NCBI GenBank assembly: GCA_029557915.1
Contig: JAKQHS010000111.1
Span: 5,918-69,917 of the forward strand
Reading direction: 5' to 3'
DNA: 64,000 nt
From: Bacteroidota bacterium
GTDB taxonomy: Bacteria > Bacteroidota > Bacteroidia > Chitinophagales > Saprospiraceae
The notes under the pieces were generated by a model. That model searched no databases and had not been told where the DNA came from. It worked only from the letters and a program-made list of their open reading frames with translations. Shown piece by piece: positions 26,801-35,577 of the stretch (its first letter is position 1; each line of letters starts with the position of its first letter). A program made the position numbers and the translations under genes.

Positions 26801-26905
26801 GGGCTTCATCCCCTCAGCCGGCGTTTCCGGATTTTGGGGCTGGGAGCAAAATGTAAATAAAAACAGGCTCGCCGCGAATAAATATTCACGTAAAGGGAAT
26901 TTCAT
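23837..26905 (-). CDS. Exported TPR / CHAT-domain (caspase-fold) protein with C-terminal TM anchor
   Basis: 1022 aa with a signal/lipobox (ASLFLFTFC) and TPR-like repeats. The CHAT dyad is ILHLAMHA ... LSVLSACNSGKG, followed by the conserved tail HPYYWAGLVLVGD. The C-terminal TM helix is YWILAALLAGTVLLAFWL. Confidence 0.85.
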   Translation of the reverse strand: MKFPLREYLFAASLFLFTFCSQPQNPETPAEGMKPLLLDKPASYLQDSTSAFDQFHRAEIYAYMYKVDSALMLAQDCVQRFDHLLQYTADTLTWIYYIDSYFNVGYLYQLKQENDSAFKYLNLSLDWCRKKLGEDHLIATKCLIKLGNCYRNYGELVKSKEYFLKAYEIRVRTMDSLNNFLVNVYNNMASFYWEMGDVDHAEIFASRMQSLVKTLYDNFVIRHSDIPDAKFYKQFMGTNSRPPVVRNLLLSNIPRQYIGATINKVWIHLNNDEPEIATYLADLADSLIKKHEPGNDFLQRSALDSRAAIHLYHGEWKKAEELMTQFRKSESGAALVNRHFLRYRLADFFLKTGKYQDCINLVDASLRDPVVSSSNPEFVLLELKARALLKGGQPGDCIRFCKEILDQIHQVPSMDSLVAGLVQWERFTGQEVLRVQDFLKPLIQSMVSIGIQENSINVLEQGYRLLQTFHASMKRLQDELYRRQSKTNRLHYLYPFYEDALELCAHLYEQTGNESYAREAFYISDLVKAFQIKELLDKQNISAYGQEAAPRSQAEQLKTEIAYLRDQILEMERTSPVKDTLKLFNLKKTQAELAGQLVMLAEKEPMETVHVPNPYSLDRFPFDRLRDYLKQEQADLLDYFTGTKHLYLLHMNQSQFRIIKQEANSGLEALAIKFSDALNPETDQTARDSLGVWSAGLYDLLIKPVEDQISGNHLIVIPDGFLARLPFECLQSSIRGFEDSPLGKRTIRYEYASGLLLKEPPLLKPDENYAGFAPRYEGHEIFLQRGLDSLITYPLYAANREAYGNLLFNEPEVLESANIWKGEAYTGLEVDKSKLLRNGANARILHLAMHAIADDKHPEYSQLILKNPEGPGRNEAIYAYEIARMHLNAELSVLSACNSGKGKYLKGEGVMSLARAFKAAGCPNVVMSLWQANDASTKDLIVSFFKHLKTGLGKADALRKAKEDYLANAIPELKHPYYWAGLVLVGDNEPLILEGMDSISYWILAALLAGTVLLAFWLRRQT

Positions 26906-26980
26906 AGCAGGATGTTAAGTCACTTAAGATAGGGAATTAAATATTAATTAAGAATTAAGAATTAAGAATTCAATTACAAT

Positions 26981-27012
26981 AAAAAAAACCCCCGTTACTT
27001 GCATAACGAGGG
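26981..27012 (-). terminator. Rho-independent terminator after the SusD-like gene
   Basis: On the minus strand, CCCTCGTTA-TGCAAG-TAACGGGGG is followed by T8 (plus strand A8 at 26981-26988). Confidence 0.7.
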
Positions 27013-27042
27013 TTTAAAGTAGTCTTAAAAAACTTTACGATC

Positions 27043-28644
27043 CTATTTGGTATCCCACCATACCTTGGTGGTATATGTGTCTGGCGTCACCCCTCCTGTT
27101 GCCAGGTTGGGGTTGCTCGCTGTTTCACTGGTTGGATAAGGGATCCGTACGGGAATGGTGCCATTTGTGATGTTGGAGGGATGCTTGGCGGCTACCAGCA
27201 CCGGGAAATCCAGTTGCCTCCAGTAAGACCACACCTCATACCAGTTGAGGAAATTGGCCACCCAAAGCTGGTCGGCAATCATCTGAATGGCAGGCTTCGT
27301 CACTCCATATTGGTAAATGCTGAGATAATTGGTCACAGCGGCATCCGATACGGTCAGCGAGGCATCGTGTATGGTATACTCTTGCATGGCTGCTTTCACG
27401 CCTTTTTCATAATGCTCCTTGTCCGTGCCGGCAACCCCACCGAGGTTTTTCAGCTTTGCCAGGGCAAGCATAAATTCAACCTCTGCATAACGCATGATTA
27501 CATATGGTTCGTCGTCCTGCATCAGCTTGACATTGATTTTGCTGTAGGTCGTGTTGAAATCCACGTTTCTGCCTTCCAGGGCATCCACGTCCGTTTTGTC
27601 CAAACCATGAGGCATGCCCTTTTGGTTTAACGGATTGGCGCCGTCGCCGATGATCGTGAAATCATTGGCGGTCCAGTTGCCGATCCCTCCGCTGATGATC
27701 ATGAGACGGGGATCGTCATCGGCCACGGAATTGGGATCCGTGCCTTTCAGGAAATTAATCAGGGTTTGGCCCAGGTAGGGCGACTGACCGCCGTCTCCGG
27801 GATAGAAGGCCCGGGATATCCCGTTCTGGTTGGTCCATTCGCTGGGGCTCAGAGCCATGGGGACAACAAAATTATCCGCATTGCTCGTCATCACGCCTCC
27901 GGTCACCGCCTTCCCGGCATAGGTCCCTGCAAGGGCCCCGTCGGCATCGGCTGCACGCAGGGCCAGTCGGAGCATGAGCGAATAAGCAAACTTTTTCCAT
28001 TGGGTCACATCTCCTTTATATACAAAATCCGCTTTTGCAAAACTGGCCTGGTCTTTATCGGAAGCGTTGAGTGCTGCGGCGGCTTCATCCAGTTCCTTCA
28101 GAATGTCCGTATAAATGGCTTTGCCGTCATCGTATTTCGGAAAGAATATGCCTGAGGTCCCAAGATTGGCCTCGGAATAAGGCACGTTGCCATACATGTC
28201 GACCAGACGTGCATAGGTCCAGGCTCTGAGGATACGGGCCGCATTGCGGGTATTTTGTTTGTTGCCGGCATCAAAACCGCCGTCACCGGTTTGTTTGAGC
28301 ACTTCCGCGATGTTTTTCAACTGGTCGCGGTAAGACATCTCAAAGGGCGCGGCGCGGGTCTCCCCATTGTCGGTGTATTTATCACCGGGAGAAATTCCAC
28401 CGCTGTTGGCGTTGCCCAGGTGCTGGATGGCATGGGCGCACAGGCCGATATTGGTCCTCCAGTCGATGTACCGGTTGTCCCCGGAAGACCCGTTGGAAGC
28501 GATACCCAATAGGGCGGCTGAGAATAGGAAATTCATATCAATCTGGTTGACCGCCTGGGGATTGATGTTCAGATCCTGCAGTTCGTCGGTATTGCAACGC
28601 ACCAGCAGGACGGATACTATAGTCAGAAATAATAATTTTTTCAT
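27043..28644 (-). CDS. SusD/RagB-family nutrient-binding outer-membrane lipoprotein
   Basis: 533 aa with a lipoprotein signal (LLVRC). It lies immediately downstream of a SusC-type gene (18-nt gap). The N-terminal pattern NINPQAVNQIDMNFLFSAALL is typical of the family. Confidence 0.8.
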   Translation of the reverse strand: MKKLLFLTIVSVLLVRCNTDELQDLNINPQAVNQIDMNFLFSAALLGIASNGSSGDNRYIDWRTNIGLCAHAIQHLGNANSGGISPGDKYTDNGETRAAPFEMSYRDQLKNIAEVLKQTGDGGFDAGNKQNTRNAARILRAWTYARLVDMYGNVPYSEANLGTSGIFFPKYDDGKAIYTDILKELDEAAAALNASDKDQASFAKADFVYKGDVTQWKKFAYSLMLRLALRAADADGALAGTYAGKAVTGGVMTSNADNFVVPMALSPSEWTNQNGISRAFYPGDGGQSPYLGQTLINFLKGTDPNSVADDDPRLMIISGGIGNWTANDFTIIGDGANPLNQKGMPHGLDKTDVDALEGRNVDFNTTYSKINVKLMQDDEPYVIMRYAEVEFMLALAKLKNLGGVAGTDKEHYEKGVKAAMQEYTIHDASLTVSDAAVTNYLSIYQYGVTKPAIQMIADQLWVANFLNWYEVWSYWRQLDFPVLVAAKHPSNITNGTIPVRIPYPTSETASNPNLATGGVTPDTYTTKVWWDTK

Positions 28645-28662
28645 TTCGAATTGATTTAACTG

Positions 28663-31600
28663 TTAAAACCCAACTTTTAAATTAAAACCATAGCTCCGTG
28701 TGGAAGGGAATCCGAAATAATCCATGCCCTGGGAATTGCTGACCGTATAAGAAGATTCCGGATCGATATTGTCCACATTCTTGTGCAGGATCGCCAGGTT
28801 CCTTCCTACAAAGGAAAGGCTGAGGTTCTGGAACGGAGTTTTGCTCAACATTTTATTCGGGAAATTATATCCCAGGGTAAGCTGGCGAAGCTTGATAAAC
28901 GAAGCGTCGTAAACATACATGTCGGCTTTACCGTTTTGCTCACTGCCGGTGGTTGACCAGTAACGCTGGGCTTCCTGTGGAGTGAGATCACGGTCGATGG
29001 GCTCAAATACGTTCGGAGAACGTTCGATCACCCCTTTGACATGGAGGGGTGCTTCACCCTGGCGTCCGATCAGAGATTGTTTATGGTAACCCCATTGGGT
29101 CAGCCTCATATTGGTTCCCGAGAACAGATCACCGCCAAATTTGAAGTCAACCAATGCTCCAAGGTTAAAATTATTCCAGGTCAGGCTGTTGTTTAATCCT
29201 CCCGTCAGATCAGCCACTCCATTTCCGATGATCTGGTAATTGGGATCTCCGATCGGGCTTCCCCACTGGTCAAATACGAGATTGCCGCTGGGGTCTGTTT
29301 TCTGAACCCGCCCGGTGATCATGCCGTATGGATAGCCTACAATATGTTTGATGAAAACGTTCCTCGTACGAGGCTCTTCCAATACCAGTTCTTTTGACCC
29401 TTCGATCAGGCTTACAACTTCATTGTTGTTTTTAGCCATATTGAGAGAAACGTCCCAGGTCACTTTGCCTTGTATGGGGGTGACCCCGATGAGGGCTTCA
29501 AATCCACGGTTTGTCAATTTGCCCAGGTTCACAGCCGTGGCATCAAATCCGGCAGCTCTGGAAATGGTAGCAGGGAGGATGTCGTCGGTCGTTTTCTGGG
29601 AATAATAAGTCAGGTCTGCATAAACCCTGTTCTGGAACAGACGGATATCTACGCCAAATTCAATTTCGGTGGAAGTCAGAGGCTTAAGATTCGGATTGGG
29701 TATGGTCCCTCCCTGGCCGATGGCAAAGGCAAACCCACCAAGAGGGGTACCAACGTGCGGTGCGCCGTTCAGGCCGTAGGTAATGGCTGTAGAATAAGCT
29801 CCCACCGTAGCATTTCCCACCTGGGCCCATCCACCCCTCAGCTTGAGATAACTGATGAAAGAAGGCAAATTTTTGAAGGCGTCGGAAGCCACAAAACTGG
29901 CCTGGACGGAAGGATAAAGAATACTGTTGAATTCCGGGTTCAATACGGAAAACCAGTCGTTCCTCACAGTCCCGGTCAGGTAGAGGTAACCTTTGTAGCC
30001 CAATTCAGCCTGGCCAAGGAGGGAATTGATCCCTGTCTCGCTTTGGCCAAATCCCCAGTTCCTCCGGACGGAATTGTTGATAAAAGGTTGGAAGGGAACG
30101 TTAAAGCCCCCGTCGCTGCTGATATTGATCACATCGGATTCGCGGCGCATGCGGTTGCCACCGCCGAATACATTGACCGAAATATCCCCGAAGGTTTTAT
30201 TAAACCCTACGGTATATTGGAAATTGGTTTCCTGTACGCGGTCGATGCCTTCACTGATGGCCCCGGCGCGATTATATCCGGTTCCCTGCGGGGTCAGGCC
30301 TTTTGCCCTTCTGGCATATTTGTCCAAACCAATCTGGCCTTCCACATAAAGGAAGTCAGTGATGTCATACCTCAGTCTCCCTGAGGAAATGACGCGGTCC
30401 CTTTTGTCGTTGTTGATGAATTGGTAGGCAGCCCAGTAACCTCCGGAACTCCACTGGTCGTTGACCGGGTTGACCTGCAATTCTTCACCAGGGATACGTC
30501 CCCAGTAGGAGAGCACGTTGGCAGGAATGCCTTCAGCGGGTATGGCGCCGATTTTATTCGGGTCCCCGCGGAGCACGGAGTAGGGAATGTTGGGAGCCAC
30601 TTTCCAGACGTTTTGAATCCCGTTGCCCGGAGAGTCTGAAAGGGTTGGCCGGTTTTTATTGTTTTCCAAAGAATAAAGGATTTTGGCATCCATGGTGATT
30701 CTTTTCCCGAATTTGGAATTGGCCGCCAGCGATACATTGGTCCGGTCAAATCCGGTATTGGGAAGGATCGTTGAGCCTCTGAGGTCCGTTGCGGATATGC
30801 GGAAAGAGGAATTGTCCGTACCGCCCGTAAAGGCAAGGCTGTTGGTAAAGGAGGTACCGGTTTCAAAATATTCCTTAAACCGGTCGCCGGCATAGGAATA
30901 GGGCCTGGATATACCATCAAACTGGATCACGGATGAACCGTCAAATTTGGGTCCCCATCCCTGGTGACCCCAGTTCCCGGCTTCCTGTATGGTGGAAGGT
31001 TTGGTCGATACCCCATTGGGCAAAGCCCCGGTAAAACCGCCTGATCCGTAATCATTCTGGAGGTCGGACAAATCATTGAGGGTTTCAAATACAAAGTTGG
31101 AATTGAATTCCACTCCGATTCCTTTTCTTTTGGCTCCCCTTTTGGTGATGATGTTGATGACCCCGTTGGCTGCACGAGCGCCGTAAAGAGCGGCCGCGTT
31201 GGCTCCCTTTAACACGGTGATGGATTCGATGTCATCGGGGTTGATGCTGGACATCCCGTCCCCTTCATCGGAACCACCCCAAAGACCGGCCTGTCCAAAG
31301 CCCGAATTGTCCATGGGGACGCCGTCAACTACGTATAGCGGCTGATTGCTTCCGTTGAGGGATTTGTTCCCCCGTATAATGACCCTGGAAGATCCGCCCG
31401 GGCCGGAAGCCACCTTGCTAACGTTAACCCCTGCCACGCGGCCGGTGAGGGCGTTCGCAATATTGTTTTCCCTGGCCTGGATAAAATTGTCTCCGCCGAC
31501 TTCCGACACGGAGTAACCCAGCGCCTTTTTCTCCCGGCTAACACCCAAAGCGGTAACCACCACCTCGCTCAGGGCAACGCCCGGCTGCATGGTTACATTG

Positions 31601-31866
31601 ATGGAGGACTGGTTGCCCACCACAATCACCTGCTCCTGGAATCCGGTGTATGTAAATCTCAGCGATGCATTGTCGGGCACGTTGTCGAGGGAATAATTCC
31701 CGTCGAAATCGGTCACTGTACCCTGGGTAGTCCCCAGAATGAGGATAGTAACGCCAACGAGAGGTTCGCTGTCTTCTCCATTGGTTACTTTGCCTGTGAT
31801 CGTGCGCTGGGCAATGGCTTGCCACCCGCAGAATACAAGCAGGATCAGTAAAGTTTTTTTAATCAT
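28663..31866 (-). CDS. SusC/RagA-family TonB-dependent outer-membrane transporter
   Basis: 1067 aa. It has an N-terminal CarboxypepD_reg domain (ITGKVTNGEDSEPLVGVTILILGTTQGTVTDFDGNYSL), a plug (SITVLKGANAAALYGARAANGVINIITKRG) and a C-terminal barrel ending YGFNLKVGF. Confidence 0.9.
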   Translation of the reverse strand: MIKKTLLILLVFCGWQAIAQRTITGKVTNGEDSEPLVGVTILILGTTQGTVTDFDGNYSLDNVPDNASLRFTYTGFQEQVIVVGNQSSINVTMQPGVALSEVVVTALGVSREKKALGYSVSEVGGDNFIQARENNIANALTGRVAGVNVSKVASGPGGSSRVIIRGNKSLNGSNQPLYVVDGVPMDNSGFGQAGLWGGSDEGDGMSSINPDDIESITVLKGANAAALYGARAANGVINIITKRGAKRKGIGVEFNSNFVFETLNDLSDLQNDYGSGGFTGALPNGVSTKPSTIQEAGNWGHQGWGPKFDGSSVIQFDGISRPYSYAGDRFKEYFETGTSFTNSLAFTGGTDNSSFRISATDLRGSTILPNTGFDRTNVSLAANSKFGKRITMDAKILYSLENNKNRPTLSDSPGNGIQNVWKVAPNIPYSVLRGDPNKIGAIPAEGIPANVLSYWGRIPGEELQVNPVNDQWSSGGYWAAYQFINNDKRDRVISSGRLRYDITDFLYVEGQIGLDKYARRAKGLTPQGTGYNRAGAISEGIDRVQETNFQYTVGFNKTFGDISVNVFGGGNRMRRESDVINISSDGGFNVPFQPFINNSVRRNWGFGQSETGINSLLGQAELGYKGYLYLTGTVRNDWFSVLNPEFNSILYPSVQASFVASDAFKNLPSFISYLKLRGGWAQVGNATVGAYSTAITYGLNGAPHVGTPLGGFAFAIGQGGTIPNPNLKPLTSTEIEFGVDIRLFQNRVYADLTYYSQKTTDDILPATISRAAGFDATAVNLGKLTNRGFEALIGVTPIQGKVTWDVSLNMAKNNNEVVSLIEGSKELVLEEPRTRNVFIKHIVGYPYGMITGRVQKTDPSGNLVFDQWGSPIGDPNYQIIGNGVADLTGGLNNSLTWNNFNLGALVDFKFGGDLFSGTNMRLTQWGYHKQSLIGRQGEAPLHVKGVIERSPNVFEPIDRDLTPQEAQRYWSTTGSEQNGKADMYVYDASFIKLRQLTLGYNFPNKMLSKTPFQNLSLSFVGRNLAILHKNVDNIDPESSYTVSNSQGMDYFGFPSTRSYGFNLKVGF

Positions 31867-32129
31867 AACAATACAAATATTAGTTTTTTAAAATCTGAAT
31901 AAAGCGGAGTGTTTTTTACCTGAAAAAACGTATAAGAGACCTCTAATGTACCTCATTGTTAAGAAATTATTTAGTTTTCCAACAAAAGGATTAAAAAATT
32001 CAAATATTGGATAATACCGTGTAAGCAGCCTCTGAAAAACGAATAGTGAGTGTAAAATTTTAACTATTTCTGCCTAAGGGGTATTTTACAACGATTGGGC
32101 AGGTGGGCTTGTGCCCTTCCGGATTAAAA

Positions 32130-35100
32130 TTATTTGCCCTTTTTTTCCGCCGGGTTTTGCCGAAATACCCGGAGAATGTCATCGTTACAGCCAGCCAGAA
32201 TGACCCTGCCCGAAGGACTGTCCATGGAAGCCAGGGATTTGACGTCCCAAGGCATAAATATTCCTGATTTGATGCGATCAAGGGCGGTGAATCCGGACTT
32301 GCCATCCCCAAGCAGGATCATCCCATAGCCGGCATCGTTGCGGGTGGTCTCTATCTCGGCCTGGTAAAGGTTGCCTGCCAGGAGGAGGTCCATATGACCA
32401 TCCTTATTGAAATCTTCGGTGATAATATCGTTTACAGAAGACAATTGGGCCATTGTGGGTAAAATATGGGGTCTGAATAAACCATTCCCCAGATTTTCAA
32501 AATAAGTGCTTGCAAAAGTCTTTGCTTCGAGATGCAGTGCATTTTTCAATTTATCCTTGCCATAAACCTGAGCCACGTTGGATGAGGCAAACATATCGTA
32601 GGTTGGAAATTTTTGACTGAGCGCGGGGACCTGTTCCGAAGAACATTGCCTGCCCCGGAGCGGAAACTGCACCCCGAAATTGTAATAGGTCAGGACCACG
32701 TCTTTCGAACCGTTGTCGTCGAAATCATAATAGTACACCTCGAAGGGTTCTTCTTCACTGGCTTTGTATTTATAATTCAGACCCAGGTTACCTGCGATCA
32801 GGTCCTGATCGCCATCCCGGTCCATATCGGCGGCTTTAATGCTGAACCACCATCCGGTACTGGATTGAAGCGTGAAATCATCCGTATTCCTGACCAACTG
32901 GTCCCCTTTGTTCAAAAACACCAGGATAGGGGTCCATTCCCCGGCGAGGACAAGGTCGGGTTTCTGGTTGCCGTCCAGATCGGTCCAGACCGCATCGTTG
33001 ATCATGCCCAGGTCCTTAAATCCAGGGGCCATGGCGGCGGTGACATCCGTAAACTTCCCCTGGTCATTCTTTAACAATGCACTGCTGGCAGGGACCGGGT
33101 AGGCCCAGGTCGTATGCCTTCCTGCTATGAAGAGGTCCGGGTCCCCGTCCCCGTCAAAATCGCAGGGCCTCACCTTGGAACCGCTGAATAGGAGTTCAGG
33201 TAAAATGCCTTCACCCTTTGTAAACCGGCCTTTTCCGTCATTGACGTAGATCCGGTCCTGGTAGGACTTGGAACCCGGCCTGAATTCATTGCCTCCGCTG
33301 ACCACATAAAGGTCCAAGTCTCCGTCCAGGTCAAAATCCAGGAAGGCCGAGCCCATATCTTCATGATTTTTATCCCTGGTAAAACAATCATTGATCAGTT
33401 CCTCAAAACTGCCGTCCGCCTTCTGGCAATAAAGCACCCCCGGTGTGCCTGCCGCTCCGCCGACAAACAGGTCCGCCAGGCCATCCGCATTGACGTCCCC
33501 GGTGGACAATACCGGCCCGAAGGAGGACATTTTATGGGGAAGCAGGACCTGGACTTTATAATCATCGAAGCTGTTTTCAATGTGCCGGTGGGAAAAGTTG
33601 ATCTCTTTATTGATTTCCGTAAAAAGCGGCGCCGGGACCGTTTTGGTTTCCGGTTCGGGGAAGGCTGCGGTCGAATAATTTATTTTGAGCACCTGGTCGG
33701 CTTTGACGTCGGTAAACAAATTTTCTTTCCCATCCGGCCAGCGCACTTTTACTTTTTTTATGATCGGGTTTTTGCCCGTTCCGAAATGGGCAATGGTTTC
33801 GGAAGTGGAATACATGCCCCGCACTCCCGTAATCTCAAAAAACTGGGGACCGGCGGTGGTTTCAATCCAGATCTTGGTACCCATGGCCGTGATATTCCCG
33901 GCATCGGCTACCGGCTGGATGCGCAGGTAGTGGTTGTTTTCGGTGGCATTGTTGCGGTAAATGGAAGCGAGGTCGTTGATATTGCTGACGACCAGGTCCA
34001 GGTCTCCGTCATTATCGAGGTCCGCGTAGGCGGCTCCGTTGGAAAAGGTTTTTTCCGTCAGGCCCCATTCTTCCATTTGTTTGGAAAAACGGAGGTCGCC
34101 TTCATTTTTAAAAATATAGTTCCTCAGTTTGACGGAAGGGGTCAGGGAAAGCGCTTTGTTGATATCCACGATATCCCAGATGGATACTTTCTGATCCAGG
34201 GTGGGATGCTCCGCCATATATTCGGCCATGGCAGCCTGGATGTTGTCTACAAAGGCTTTGTGCGCGTCCTTATTCCGGATGTCCCGCATAAGGCCGTTGG
34301 TTATAAACAAATCCTTCCAGCCGTCATTGTCAAAATCCGCAAAAAGCGAAGACCAGCTCCAGTCCGTGGTAGCCGTCCCGGCTAGCTGCGCGATATCGCT
34401 GAAATGGGCCCCTCCCGAATTCAACTGGAGGGTATTGAACATGTACTGGTAATGCCCGCTGTCCTGGACCACTTTCCAGAACGCGGCGGGATTCATACCG
34501 CTCATATTGGCCTTCAGCCGGTAGTTGTCCTCCGCAACCATATCCACGACGACGAGGTCGAGCCTGCCGTCGTTGTTGATATCCCCGGCATCCACTCCCA
34601 TGCTGAAATAGGAAATGTGCTTCAGGTTGTCGTGAATTTTATTGGTGAAGGTGCCATCGCCATTATTGATAAAAAGCCAGTCGGGGATCCAGAAATCATT
34701 GGAAATATACAGGTCGGTCCAGCCGTCCCCGTTCAGGTCGCTCGCAGATACACTGTTGGGGAAACCCGTTTTTTTCAGGCCGGCCTTTTCCGTGATGTCC
34801 ACGAAACGATCCCCCAGGTTTTCAAGCAGTTTGATGCTGTATTCCTCTTTGATGAGTTCGGTGCCGTAATAACTGGAATAGTCACCCGGATTGGGCGGTT
34901 GGTTGAGCAGGAGGAGGTCCGGGTCGCCGTCCTTGTCGTAATCGATAAAACTGGCGTGCCGCGTCCGGGCGGAATCCGCCACCCCATATTGTTCCGACTT
35001 TTCAGTAAAGGTGCTGTTCCCGTTGTTGATGTACAATTTGTTTTTACGCAGTTCCGGTTTGTCGTCGTACAATTCCCGGGTGATGTAAATATCAATATAC

Positions 35101-35483
35101 CCATCCTTATTGATGTCTTCCATGAGAACTCCCGAAGACCATCCACCATTGCTGAGGATGCCCGCTTTTTTGGTAATGTCTTCAAACTGGAGGTTGCCCT
35201 TGTTGAGATAAAGTTTATCCTCCACCAGGTTGCCGGCCATAAATATATCCTGGAGGCCATCGTTGTTGATGTCCGCGATCCCCACCCCGGCGCCGCCATA
35301 AAAATTGGAATAGATGGTGATGTTGGCTTCCTTGGTGTCCTTGATCTGGTTGTTGAACCGGATCCGGGTGTGGTCGGGTGAAAGCAGGGTGAACAGTTTT
35401 TTCTCGGGAGGCGCGGAAGAGGGGGCCACCTCAAACGAAATACTTCCGGAGAATACCAGTAAAAGAAAAAGAAAGTACTTCAT
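32130..35483 (-). CDS. FG-GAP/VCBS repeat protein with UnbV_ASPIC domain (CRTAC1-like)
   Basis: 1117 aa with many DxDGDGxxDL Ca-binding FG-GAP repeats (DINNDGLQDIF, DYDKDGDPDLL, DLDNDGDLDLVV and others). A central ASPIC/UnbV-like segment reads IWIETTAGPQFFEI...VRWPDGK. Confidence 0.85.
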   Translation of the reverse strand: MKYFLFLLLVFSGSISFEVAPSSAPPEKKLFTLLSPDHTRIRFNNQIKDTKEANITIYSNFYGGAGVGIADINNDGLQDIFMAGNLVEDKLYLNKGNLQFEDITKKAGILSNGGWSSGVLMEDINKDGYIDIYITRELYDDKPELRKNKLYINNGNSTFTEKSEQYGVADSARTRHASFIDYDKDGDPDLLLLNQPPNPGDYSSYYGTELIKEEYSIKLLENLGDRFVDITEKAGLKKTGFPNSVSASDLNGDGWTDLYISNDFWIPDWLFINNGDGTFTNKIHDNLKHISYFSMGVDAGDINNDGRLDLVVVDMVAEDNYRLKANMSGMNPAAFWKVVQDSGHYQYMFNTLQLNSGGAHFSDIAQLAGTATTDWSWSSLFADFDNDGWKDLFITNGLMRDIRNKDAHKAFVDNIQAAMAEYMAEHPTLDQKVSIWDIVDINKALSLTPSVKLRNYIFKNEGDLRFSKQMEEWGLTEKTFSNGAAYADLDNDGDLDLVVSNINDLASIYRNNATENNHYLRIQPVADAGNITAMGTKIWIETTAGPQFFEITGVRGMYSTSETIAHFGTGKNPIIKKVKVRWPDGKENLFTDVKADQVLKINYSTAAFPEPETKTVPAPLFTEINKEINFSHRHIENSFDDYKVQVLLPHKMSSFGPVLSTGDVNADGLADLFVGGAAGTPGVLYCQKADGSFEELINDCFTRDKNHEDMGSAFLDFDLDGDLDLYVVSGGNEFRPGSKSYQDRIYVNDGKGRFTKGEGILPELLFSGSKVRPCDFDGDGDPDLFIAGRHTTWAYPVPASSALLKNDQGKFTDVTAAMAPGFKDLGMINDAVWTDLDGNQKPDLVLAGEWTPILVFLNKGDQLVRNTDDFTLQSSTGWWFSIKAADMDRDGDQDLIAGNLGLNYKYKASEEEPFEVYYYDFDDNGSKDVVLTYYNFGVQFPLRGRQCSSEQVPALSQKFPTYDMFASSNVAQVYGKDKLKNALHLEAKTFASTYFENLGNGLFRPHILPTMAQLSSVNDIITEDFNKDGHMDLLLAGNLYQAEIETTRNDAGYGMILLGDGKSGFTALDRIKSGIFMPWDVKSLASMDSPSGRVILAGCNDDILRVFRQNPAEKKGK

Positions 35484-35577
35484 AATACGGGGTTACGGAA
35501 ATTTAAAGTTTTCAAAAATAGGATATTCGGCCTACATTGCCTGGAGAATTTTGTTCAATTCAATCGATGCCTTAATT

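Noticed and set aside
29470-30384. Long antisense ORFs inside well-supported genes: 29470..30384, 33363..34385, 34404..35381, 35572..36348, 44818..45780, 46649..47458, 47846..48547, 58847..59632, 19805..20617, 22482..23069
   Set aside because: Each lies fully within, and opposite to, a gene with clear family motifs (SusC, FG-GAP, GH9, Lon, TBDR-like, MFS, ECF sigma). Their translations are Gly/Pro/Arg-rich with low complexity, which is typical of shadow ORFs.
35314-35577. Upstream-extended starts given by the ORF track (35314, 18696, 16805, 43478, 7510, 23021, 1215, 50863, 58433)
   Set aside because: The extensions overlap neighbouring genes or divergent promoters, and several begin with non-ATG codons. 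Internal ATGs give canonical signal peptides or lipoboxes, or align with paralogs, so I used those internal starts.
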